Source: Phoronis australis (Eukaryota; Animalia; Phoronida). Taken from it: a stretch of DNA of 64,000 nt. The translations under genes were made by a program, and so were the position numbers. Positions 1 through 11,200 of this stretch are shown piece by piece (position 1 is the first letter of the stretch; each line of letters starts with the position of its first letter). Under the pieces are notes generated by a model, which worked only from the letters and a program-made list of their open reading frames with translations, did not search any database and had not been told where the DNA came from. The DNA is taken from assembly GCA_002633005.1 (NCBI GenBank), contig NMRA01000208.1:228439-292438 (forward strand). The letters run 5' to 3'.

Positions 1-745
1 CATGCACCTGGGCCATTGTTGTGAATTCCTCTATTGTATACTCTGATTTGTTAACAACATTCTTTATGCTGCACTGTGATTGGCTGATTGGTTTGTTTAC
101 TGTTTTGTTATGATATCTGTATCACTGTAATTTCATGTAGTTGCAAATAAAACATTGTCAATTGAGGTTGTCATTTAGGGAACAACCTCAAAGCCATCAG
201 TGCTCTACCCCACAGTGCCAAATGGTGTATGAGTGATATCCAAACATGCATTTTATTAGTATCACATGCAGTAACATGAGATTATTTGCTATTTGAATGT
301 TCAGATGGTAAATAAAAGCTAAGTGACTTCCCATAACTTGTTGCAGTGACTGGGTTGAGGTTCCTTGAGATTTGAAGGAAAGCATGCTCTACCATACTAA
401 TTTGACAAAAGAATCAAGATTTCGAAGAACGGGTTAACACAGAGAACTAAGTGATTTTTATTTAAACAAGTTAGAGAAAGGCAATATTTTTGATGTATGA
501 TAACAGATTCTCTGCGAAAGTTTCCTCTCCACGAGAAAATGACGTTTGCAATGGTTTCATTAAGTTAGAAGCACGAAACTGTTGATTTATTTCAACATCA
601 AACTTCATTCTTTACCCCCCCATTTACTGAGTGGACCAACCAAGAATGTTATTACATGCTCTAGGTATCATTAAATTAAACCTGCCATGTAAAGTTATCA
701 ATGTGTTAAATTCAGTAGACCTTTGAACCTACCTAGGTATATATA

Positions 746-2187
746 CTGTAAACTCACGGGTTAACGCCCATGCCCGGGTAATCGCCCATCCCGACTTTTT
801 GTCAATTTTCGGTTTAAGCGCCCACTGCTTAAGTAATCGCCCTACTTTGTGCAAATTTTCACTTTAACACCCACCTGTCGGGTAATTGCCTATCCCTCAT
901 TTACCACTTACTGAACTTGAGCTTGAACTCGTGCTATAGTTCAAAGCTTCACCTCAGGCTCAGATTTCCGTGTTTGTGGAAACACGGTGTGCTTGCACCT
1001 TTTTTAAACTTATCAACTGATCGTTTGTTAAATTAATATAGGCCTACTCAGTAGATTTTTATAGAAGTGGTGCTAGTCTACTACNNNNNNNNNNNNNNNN
1101 NNNNNNNNNNNNNNNNNNNNNNNNNNNNNNNNNNNNNNNNNNNNNNNNNNNNNNNNNNNNNNNNNNNNNNNNNNNNNNNNNNNNNNNNNNNNNNNNNNNN
1201 NNNNNNNNNNNNNNNNNNNNNNNNNNNNNNNNNNNNNNNNNNNNNNNNNNNNNNNNNNNNNNNNNNNNNNNNNNNNNNNNNNNNNNNNNNNNNNNNNNNN
1301 NNNNNNNNNNNNNNNNNNNNNNNNNNNNNNNNNNNNNNNNNNNNNNNNNNNNNNNNNNNNNNNNNNNNNNNNNNNNNNNNNNNNNNNNNNNNNNNNNNNN
1401 NNNNNNNNNNNNNNNNNNNNNNNNNNNNNNNNNNNNNNNNNNNNNNNNNNNNNNNNNNNNNNNNNNNNNNNNNNNNNNNNNNNNNNNNNNNNNNNNNNNN
1501 NNNNNNNNNNNNNNNNNNNNNNNNNNNNNNNNNNNNNNNNNNNNNNNNNNNNNNNNNNNNNNNNNNNNNNNNNNNNNNNNNNNNNNNNNNNNNNNNNNNN
1601 NNNNNNNNNNNNNNNNNNNNNNNNNNNNNNNNNNNNNNNNNNNNNNNNNNNNNNNNNNNNNNNNNNNNNNNNNNNNNNNNNNNNNNNNNNNNNNNNNNNN
1701 NNCCCTCTCGTAATTGCAAATAGTTTATGTCAGCCGGGAATGAATCGCCAGTGTTTTTAATCCAGGAAACGAAATGTAGTCTCGTTTACTGATCTGAAAC
1801 AGTACATGCTGATACGGTAAGTGGACTGCAATTCGAGTTTCATAAAGCTCTGTGGTATGACATTTTGCAGCGTGCTAATATATTTGAAAACACCTGAGTT
1901 TTTAGCAATGTTCTCGTGAAATCACCCGTTCAAAGTCGAATTCCTGTTTCTGTTTGGGCAGTGAGAAACTTTACGCTGTTTGACCGAAGTTACAAGTTCC
2001 GTGCTTGAATGAACACCCCGTGTCCTTGCCCAGTTCAGCTAAAACTTGGACGTAACAACCCACTGCTTGGGTAATCGCACACCCCTGATTTTTTGCCAAT
2101 TTTCGGTTTAAGCGCCCTGCTTGGTAATTGCCCATCCTCTGCATCAGGGTTTCCCAATTTAAACACCCAGGGCGTTAACCTGTGAGT
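746..2187. mobile_element. TIR DNA element, Tc1/mariner-pogo-like non-autonomous, spanning an N-gap
   Basis: ACTCACGGGTTAACGCCC near 752 is inverted as GGGCGTTAACCTGTGAGT near 2170-2187; internal TAATCGCCC/AAGCGCCC subrepeats; left end preceded by TA. Confidence 0.6.
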
Positions 2188-2478
2188 AAGGAGAGAAAAA
2201 ACAAAGAGTGAGACAGTCCACCAAGAGCGAGACAGATGCTGTTGGTGACACAAAGTATTGAATTCTTTTACAAGGTCAGCGAGGGCTACAGGTCAGTGCG
2301 CCTAAAGAATGAATACTGGAATTGACCGTCTTATTGACAAATTTTGCCAAAAAATCAGTGGTTGTCTGGAACCGCACCTCAAGAGTCTCCCTTGTTGATT
2401 CCATTATGAATAAAATGAAAAAACAAACTGAAGCAACGAAAATTGATAGCCAAACAGATGGACAACAGGAAATTCACA

Positions 2479-5400
2479 GTGCCAACTGTCACCGTTAGTC
2501 CTGTGTAAGTTTGGGGCAGCAAGCTCTAACACTAGAATGCATGGGTCGTGCGCAGACATACCAATCCTCTGCTTCTATGATCAGAGGTGCATATTCTTGA
2601 AACTAAATCATGGCCAATCATGAACAGGAAACACTGAGTAGTTATAATCAATAATTACAGGAACAGTTTTCCACATAAAGGCTGCGGGATTATAAAGTAG
2701 AAATAATGAAAACAATTCTGCGAAATGATGCTAACGTGTCTCAGCAAAGTCAAGAAAAAAGCCTGGAAGAAACAAAAAGTCCCCAAATTTATGGAATGAA
2801 CAATAGCAAATCCGGGAAATTATAATAAATACAATTGATAAAGTTTGCAGCTGACAGTATGAAATCCATTTCATCCACATGTAATCCTGTATTGACAGAG
2901 ACAAGCAACTGAAGAGAAATGTATTTAACTACAGCAACTAAGTTACTCACTTAAATCAAAGAAAATCTAGTATGATTTTCCATCAAACAGGCGAATCAGT
3001 GAAAGAAATGTACAGTCCCCAGCTAGATTATTTGTAACCAGTTTACAAGGTAACTATGCAAACAATTCTAATTCACTATGTCCACCACAGAAGGTAATTA
3101 CCTTTACATAAAAGGAACAGGACAATAAACCTTAGGTATTATGCAGGCAATCAAATCACCAGCTCACTATTACAATGTAAACAATTGGGGGCAATATTGG
3201 TGTCTGCAGTAACAATTGTGAACCAAAAGAAAATGGAGCAGAGCAGATCTGGATGAGAATAAAGCAGTCTACCCATCAAATGTCCTCTAAATAAAATTAA
3301 CATTGTTTTGATGAATGTATCACTCATTTATTAGTTGAAACAAGTTGTTAAAGCAAGCACAGGGTAAATTGTTGTATAACTATGTGAATTTAGCCATCCT
3401 ACTTGAAGTGCTCATCTGCTTATTTAATTAAACAATTGATTCCACCTCATGTAGTTAAATCTCAAGGGCAGTTTAGTGGACAGCCTACTTTGATGTCTGG
3501 TAATGAACTGGGGAAATGTAATTAACGTTTACCATGAAAATAAACAAGAACAACAGGGAGCATTGAAATGCACCCACGAATGCATCAATGCATCACAAAT
3601 GGTATGCTTTCAGGGTTGCTTATTTGTGTCATAAAATGGGCACTAGATGGCGCAAAAACATACAATCCGTCGGAAAATGGGAACATGTCATTGCTTCTTT
3701 AATAGAAAGCTATGCACCAAATTCCAAATTTCATAGAAATTCGCCAAGGAACTTCAGAGAAACAAAGGAAAACAGAATAAAATGAAATTGCCACTAGGGG
3801 GCATAGTGTTCATTGGATCCGCTAGAAAGTCGTCATTGTCTGTTGTTCGCTTCATATAAGTACACTTACTAAATTCAATAAAGATGCTCCAGNNNNNNNN
3901 NNNNNNNNNNNNNNNNNNNNNNNNNNNNNNNNNNNNNNNNNNNNNNNNNNNNNNNNNNNNNNNNNNNNNNNNNNNNNNNNNNNNNNNNNNNNNNNNNNNN
4001 NNNNNNNNNNNNNNNNNNNNNNNNNNNNNNNNNNNNNNNNNNNNNNNNNNNNNNNNNNNNNNNNNNNNNNNNNNNNNNNNNNNNNNNNNNNNNNNNNNNN
4101 NNNNNNNNNNNNNNNNNNNNNNNNNNNNNNNNNNNNNNNNNNNNNNNNNNNNNNNNNNNNNNNNNNNNNNNNNNNNNNNNNNNNNNNNNNNNNNNNNNNN
4201 NNNNNNNNNNNNNNNNNNNNNNNNNNNNNNNNNNNNNNNNNNNNNNNNNNNNNNNNNNNNNNNNNNNNNNNNNNNNNNNNNNNNNNNNNNNNNNNNNNNN
4301 NNNNNNNNGTGCCAACTGTCACCGTTAGTCCTGTGTAAGTTTGGGGCAGCAAGCTCTAACACTAGAATGCATGGGTCGTGCGCAGGCATACCAATCCTCT
4401 GCTTCTATGATCAGAGGTGCATATTCTTGAAACTAAATCATGGCCAATCATTAACAGGAAACACTGAGTAGTTATAATCAATAATTACAGTAACAGTTTT
4501 CCACATAAAGGCTGCGGGATAATAAAGTAGAAATAATGAAAACAATTCTGCGAAATAATGCTAACGTGTCTCAGCAAAGTCAAGAAAAAAGCCTGGAAGA
4601 AACAAAGAGTCCCCAAATTTATGGAGTGAACAATAGCAAATAGGAAATTATAATAAATACAATTGATAAAGTTAGCAGCTGACAGTATGAAATCCATTTC
4701 ATCCACATGTAATCCTGTATTGACAGAGACAAGCAACTGAAGAGAAATGTATTTAACTACAGCAACTAAGTTACTCACTTAAATCAAAGAAATGATTTTC
4801 CATCAAGCAGGCGAATCAGTGAAAGAAATGTACAGTACCCAGCTACATCATTTGTAACCAGTTTACAAGGTAACTATGCAAATAATTCTAATTCACTATG
4901 TCCACCACAGGAACAACAAGTACCTTACAGAAGTAATTGTCTTTACATTGAAGGAATAGGACAATAAACCTTAGGTATTATGCAGGCAATCAAATCACCA
5001 GGTCACTATTACAATGTAAACAAATGGGGACAAGATTGGTGTCTGCAGTAACAATTGTGAACCAAAAGAAAATGGAGCAGAGCAGAGCTGGATGAGAATA
5101 AAGCAGTCTACCCATCAAATGTCCTCTAAATAAAATTAACATTGTTTTGATGAATGTATCACTCATTCATTAGTTGTTAAAGCAAGCACAGGGTAAATTG
5201 TGGTATAACTATGTGAATTTAGCCATCCTACTTGAAGTGCTCATCTGCTTATTTAATTAAACAATTGATTCCACCTCATCTAATTCAATCTCAAGGCAGT
5301 TTAGTGGACAGCCTACTTTGATGTCTGATAATGAACTGGGGAAATGTAATTAACGTTTACCATGTAAATAAACAAGAGCAACAGGGAGCGTTGAAATGCA

Positions 5401-5702
5401 CCCACGAATGCATCAATGCATCACAAATGGTATGCTTTTAGGGTTGCTTATTTGTGTCATAAAATGGGCATACAATCAGTCCGAAAATGGGAACATGTCA
5501 TTGCTTCTTTAATAGAAAGCTATACACCAAATTCCAAATTTCATAGAAATTCGCCAAGGAACTTCAGAGAAACAAAGGAAAACAGAATAAAATGAAATTG
5601 CCACTAGGGGGCATAGTGTTCATTGGATCCGCTAGAAAGTCGTCATTGTCTGTTGTTCGCTTCATATAAGTACACTTACTAAATTCAATAAAGATGCTCC
5701 AG
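2479..5702. repeat. ~1.4-kb direct duplication (2479-3892 vs 4309-5702) across an N-gap; likely uncollapsed haplotypes
   Basis: Near-identical with SNPs and indels; the copies end and start exactly at the gap edges. Confidence 0.8.
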
Positions 5703-6064
5703 AAGGTTTATGAGATACAGCTATGGGCGCAAAACAAAACTATCACTAGGAGGTGCTAGAGAAGTCAAAGTCGTCATCATCAACTGTCCTCTTCACACTG
5801 AGAACATATACGCCAAATTTCAAAACCATCCTCAGAATGATTTGGTTGACAGAGAGGTGGACGCCAAAAAATACACTCGAAAACAGCAAAAATGGCCACT
5901 AGGTGGCGCAAATTAAGAATGCTGATTGTTTTGATAATTTCAGACACCACCTCATCAGTTACCTGCAGTCATCATAGATGTCCCTCCTTCTTGTCTTTCC
6001 AATATATTTACCAAAATTTTTTATTTATTTATTTATCTTTAATTCAATTTGTTTATCCAATTTG

Positions 6065-6121
<57 letters not shown>

Positions 6122-7358
6122 AATTACCTTGATTCCATCCAAAAACAGGAGGATAGCGTCATCTCATCAATAGATGCCCGTATTCAAAATTTTATGAAAA
6201 TCTGTTGAGGACCTTTGAAGATACAGAGGTAAACGTAAAACTTAAATTGCCACCAGGGGGAATACCAGTACTCAGATCCATCCCAAAATCATCGTTGTTC
6301 GTTGTCAACAACATATAAAGACACTTCTTAAATTTAGTAAAGAACCTACAAACGGTTTAGCAGATAGAGCTTTGGGCGCAAAAAAGAAACAGCCATTAGG
6401 AGGTGCCACAGTGATTGAAGTCATCGGAAAATCATCGTCAGCCGTCGACTTCATAGTAAAAACATACATGCCAATTTTTACAATTATCCTGAAAGAGGTT
6501 TGGTTTATAGAAGGGTGGACGCTTAAAAGCAGACCCGAAAACAGTAAAAATGGCCACTAAGGTGGCGCAAACTAGGTTGAATCCGTCTGAAAATGGAAAG
6601 ATAGCGTCACCTCACTAACAGGAGCCTGTACACCAAGTTTTATGAAAATACGTTGAGGACCTTCAAAGATACAGAGGAAAACGTAAAAAAATAAAACTGC
6701 CACTAGGTGGTACACCAGTAGTCAGATCTGTCCGAAAATCGTTGTTGTCCATTGTCAACATCATATAAATGCACTTATTAAATTAAGTAAAGATGCTGCA
6801 AAACAGTTTAGGATAAAAAGCCATAGGCGCAAAAAAAACTGCCACTAGGAGGCGCCACAGTAGTTGAAGTCATCGGAAAATCATCGCCAACCATCCTCTT
6901 CATAGTAAGAACATACATGCCAATTTTCACAATCATGCTTAGAGCGGTTTGGTTGATAGAGGGGTGGACGTCAAAAAACAGACTCGAAAACAGTAAAAAT
7001 GGCCACTAGATGGTGCGAACTACGTCGAATCCATCCGAAAACGGGAGGATGTTGTCGTTTCACTAATAGATGCATATATACCAAAATTTCATGAAAATAC
7101 CTTGAGGACCTTTGAAGATACAGAGGTAAACGTAAAAAAACTAAAATTGCCACTTGGGGGCACACCGGTATTCGGATCCGTCCGAAAGTTCGCTCATGCC
7201 GTCCCATCCATGAAAGGAACACGTGTGCAAAATTTCATGAGCATACATCAATCGGTTTGGAGATAGAGCAGTGGACGCCAGACACCGGACGCATGCGGCT
7301 TGACAGATGCAGATGACGGCATAATGCGTCCACATATAAATATGTGGGTGCATAAAAA
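5371..7358. mobile_element. Helentron/HINE-like non-autonomous element with an internal ~150/450-bp degenerate tandem array
   Basis: Subterminal inverted repeat ATGCACCCAC (5396-5405) / GTGGGTGCAT (7344-7353); terminal hairpin CCACATAT-AA-ATATGTGG; A-rich ends. Confidence 0.7.
6068..6120. repeat. (ATT)n microsatellite
   Basis: Visible directly. Confidence 0.95.
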
Positions 7359-8075
7359 TTAGGATTCCAAACACTAAAGGTAAATCCTATGACATTGCAA
7401 TCATAATAAGCTAAGAATAATACAAAAAATTCAATACTTCAATCTGTGAAACAATGCAAGCTCCAACACAAACAAGCAGCACACTGTCACAACAGTACAA
7501 TCCTTCAGTTTCCACACGCACTTTAGAACCACGACTCACTCTTTCTTGTTTACCTCCATGATATCATTTTCAACATGATTATTTTGATTAGGCAAAATAT
7601 TATGTTATAAATACTTTCTCTACGCTTCAATAAGTTTCTACAGTCTAACTTCAGTCACCGGCAAAACTTAATTTGGCTAAGCATTGGCACCCTAAAAAAG
7701 CTACATTAATGTATGTAGCAATCACCATCGGGAAGAATTACACTAGAAAAATAGACAGAAAAGGCAATAACGGGCAATTGTCAGGTGATACCTCTAGAGT
7801 CTGCCAAGATTCCTAAAGATCTATTAAGGGACACCGCAGGTGTTTCAATTCTTTAGGTTCAGATACACCGACTACATGCACAGAGCATGATTACCAACTT
7901 CAGCCCGAGAACTAGGGGCAAAATGGACATAAAGATCGGGAGAATAGAAATAAGTCCTTGAATTTTTTAATCATCAGTGTTTCCCACTCGTATCTCTATC
8001 CCTTGCTTATTTCCTTAACATTTTTTACATTCATATTTTGCAATTCTAAATAAATTAATAATTGATTTGCCTTAC

Positions 8076-8274
8076 CTTGCCATCTCCAGTGACACAGAAC
8101 AGAGTCTGTTCCCCACCAACAAGTTGCACAGGTCGCAACGTGGCCAGTGCCTCACAAGTCAGAGGTAACTTCACTTTGGCCCCCTCGATACCTCCCAACT
8201 GGCCACGGTGGTTGTGTCCCCAGCCCCAGATTTGCCCACTGCCACCCCAGGACAGAGTCCAGTCATCTGGGCGT
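8076..8274 (-). CDS. HERC2: HERC2 exon, start of RLD3 (RPDDWTLS...[18 protein letters not shown])
   Basis: RCC1 repeat; AG/GTAAG boundaries; phase fits the 14212 exon. Confidence 0.95.
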
Positions 8275-11200
8275 CTGAAAAAAAACAGATGTGCAGAGAA
8301 TGTTAATCGACAACAGGGAGCTCTGAGGATACACATGACCGTTGAGTGCTAATGCACGCCTCAAAATCTGATTGGCTGGCACATTTCTTGCCTTCATATA
8401 CTACTTGCATGAATTCCCTATTATACTTGAAAACAGGGTTTTATGTCCAAACTACAATCGATTTGCATGTTTGGAACACGCGCGTTTTCATGCTTGCATT
8501 GTTAAAACTGATGATAAAATAGGGCATTGTGTCCCAAACAACAATGCACAACAATCATTTTGCAGCGCTGCCAAAAGTGTGCAAGTAGTGAACTGGCTAA
8601 CAGGTGTCACTTTTCTTTGAATAAAAACTGGCAACAGGTGTCAAACGTTTTGTGAGTCATTGTCAAACAGTTCAAATATTTTATTGTAATCTTCCAAATG
8701 AAACATCTTCATGGAATGCATAACACAGAAAATTTTCCAGTTAGCATAACTTTAATTCATGAACAATTATTCAGTTCTATGCAAATTTCAAACTTTTTAC
8801 GGACAGACTGTCAGACATATTTGTAGACAAAAAGTCCACTTGGAACTGCAGGGAGTAGGATCTCTTTGTCGGTCATGATGGTAAATGACAGTCCACACTC
8901 AAATGGTCTCCCTTCTTCATCAATGCATGCGATATCATAGAGATAAACTCCGTTGTACGAGAACACCTTAATGACACCAGAACACAGACAAAATATTCGG
9001 TCATCACCATCAAAAGCAACGCAGCTCACAAAATCATCACACGCAAGTTTTCGTTTGAACTTGAACGCACCGTCAAAGATCATTACATTAGGGCTGGTAT
9101 CATCAGAAACAATGATGTCGCCATCAAAGCCAAAACAAATGCCATTGGGTGCCACAACGCCATCTGGTGTTCTCAAAGTAATCTTCCTTTTAATTTGACT
9201 AGCTCTGTCATACAAAAACGCACTGTCATGACCAGTCCAAAATAATTGTTCCTTGTTCATAACACAGTAAAAGATAGCATCATTATGAACCAACTCCTCT
9301 ATCAGCTTCCCATTTGCTGTCAAGATCTGTATTCTCTCGCCCACAATTTCACTGTATTCATCATCTACGCCATCAGTGCTTCTGTCTGAGGAGCCAAACA
9401 CGCCTCCAACGCTGTCATTAGTCAAATCATCCGCGCTGTCCACCTCGGTTTTGGTTGTCAAGTCTTGACCAGCTGATTGCTGGTTATTATGGCGGCCTGA
9501 AGATACACTACAATAATCACCATCGCAGGACACGTCCCCATCAGCTGAACTACCACTCTCATCTTCGTCATCTGCCTCTCCTCCATTACCGCTCGTATTT
9601 GCATTGGCTGACTTATTGGCAGTCTTCTTGTATCCATTGTGCTCACTTCCTTCAAATGAGATATCCTCCTGCAACATTAGCCCGAGAATCTCCTCGGCGT
9701 TTCTCTCTAAGCTCGCATCATCCTCAGTCTTGTTACATGCTCTGCTAGTGATCTCCCCTGACTCACTGCCAGCGCTCACGTACTTGTCGTCACTGTTCTC
9801 ACTCGATGATGAACTAGTACTTTGAACATTAGAACTGACGTCTGTCTCAGCACTTCCACCCGCACTTCCTGAAGATGAGTCATCACAACTTGGACTGGCC
9901 AAATTGAAGCTGTCAGCAGCACTGTCTTTGATAGGTGTGCTAGTTCTGAGAGCGTCATTATCTTGGAAATACCCCACTTCAGACAGCATTCCTTCTCCAG
10001 GATCAATGGAGCTGAACAGGACATCGTTCACAGTGTAATCACCAAGTGTAGCTAAATCAAGCTGGGAGACATGAACATCACCCTTGGTGTATCGATCCTT
10101 GTCAAAACAGCCTTTCCAAATGCAGCAGTTCTTTGAAGATGCGTAGTGAAACGAGAACTTCTCATGGAATGCAATGCAGGACTTGATCATGGCAGCGTCT
10201 TGTTCAGAGGTCTCTCCAAAGTGAGACACAGACGGTATTTTGTTGCCCATCACTTCTGCGACTCTTAACAGAATTCTCAAGTGAGTGATGTCAGACGCGT
10301 CCATGTCATCGTTAGGCTCACAGTTGAGTATCTCCTCTACACTGCTCACATTTAGTTTCTTCATCAACTCTTGCATACACTCCTCTATCTTGTCCCACTC
10401 AATATTATCCCAGTCCCAGTCTTTACATGACAACATGGCTGCATAAAGTGACCACCTCATGCTGGTGCTGGTAACCACGGCAATCTCAGGCTCCTCATCC
10501 TCAGTCACACTGAGGCACAGCGGTGCGCAGTCGTTGGCAACGGCCAGTTTACAACCCAATTGCCCATCTGGTGTATACTTGTTGATGGTACAGTCTTTTG
10601 GATTAGACAAGTACAAACATCCAGATGAGTCCCTTGCAGCCGACATGAACAACAGGGAGTCTTCTCGGCATTTTTCTGATGACTTCCTGACTGGAAAATT
10701 GGGCAGCACGTTCCAGCGACAGATGTAGGCTGTGCCTTCAGACATGGTGAAAGCAGCAGCAACACTACCAAAGCTCTGCGGTCGAAATGTCAGCACATAT
10801 ATCCTACTGGTCACTTTGTCAAGCCTACTCTCCAGAGTTCTTTTCTTGCAGTCTATAACATTCGCAGAGAAGTCAACATCTGAGGCAAACAACAAGACAA
10901 TTTCAGCCTGATGGCCTGCGATGAGGCTTGAATTCTGGATTTCAGTGAGCAAGGAAGCCTGTTGTGAACTATCTGTGTTCTGAGTTGGAAACTGAAATGT
11001 ACTAGGAGAGAAAGTACCGGCCAGCTTAGGTTCGCATTCACCGCCTGTCTTTTCACCATTTGGGTTCTGAGGAGACTTGCATGAAAAATCCTTTGAGAAG
11101 AAGTCACCGCCAGCTATATCTGCTTCATCACTGTCAATCAAAAGGCTGACGCTGTCAGTGTACTTAATAAAACTGTTGTCGCTCCCTTCACCAGCGTTTT

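Noticed and set aside
1067-4471. Long poly-X ORFs
   Set aside because: Artefacts of N-gaps
2479-5702. 1.4-kb direct repeats resembling LTRs
   Set aside because: The boundaries coincide with gap edges and I see no TG...CA termini, PBS or TSD; more likely uncollapsed alleles
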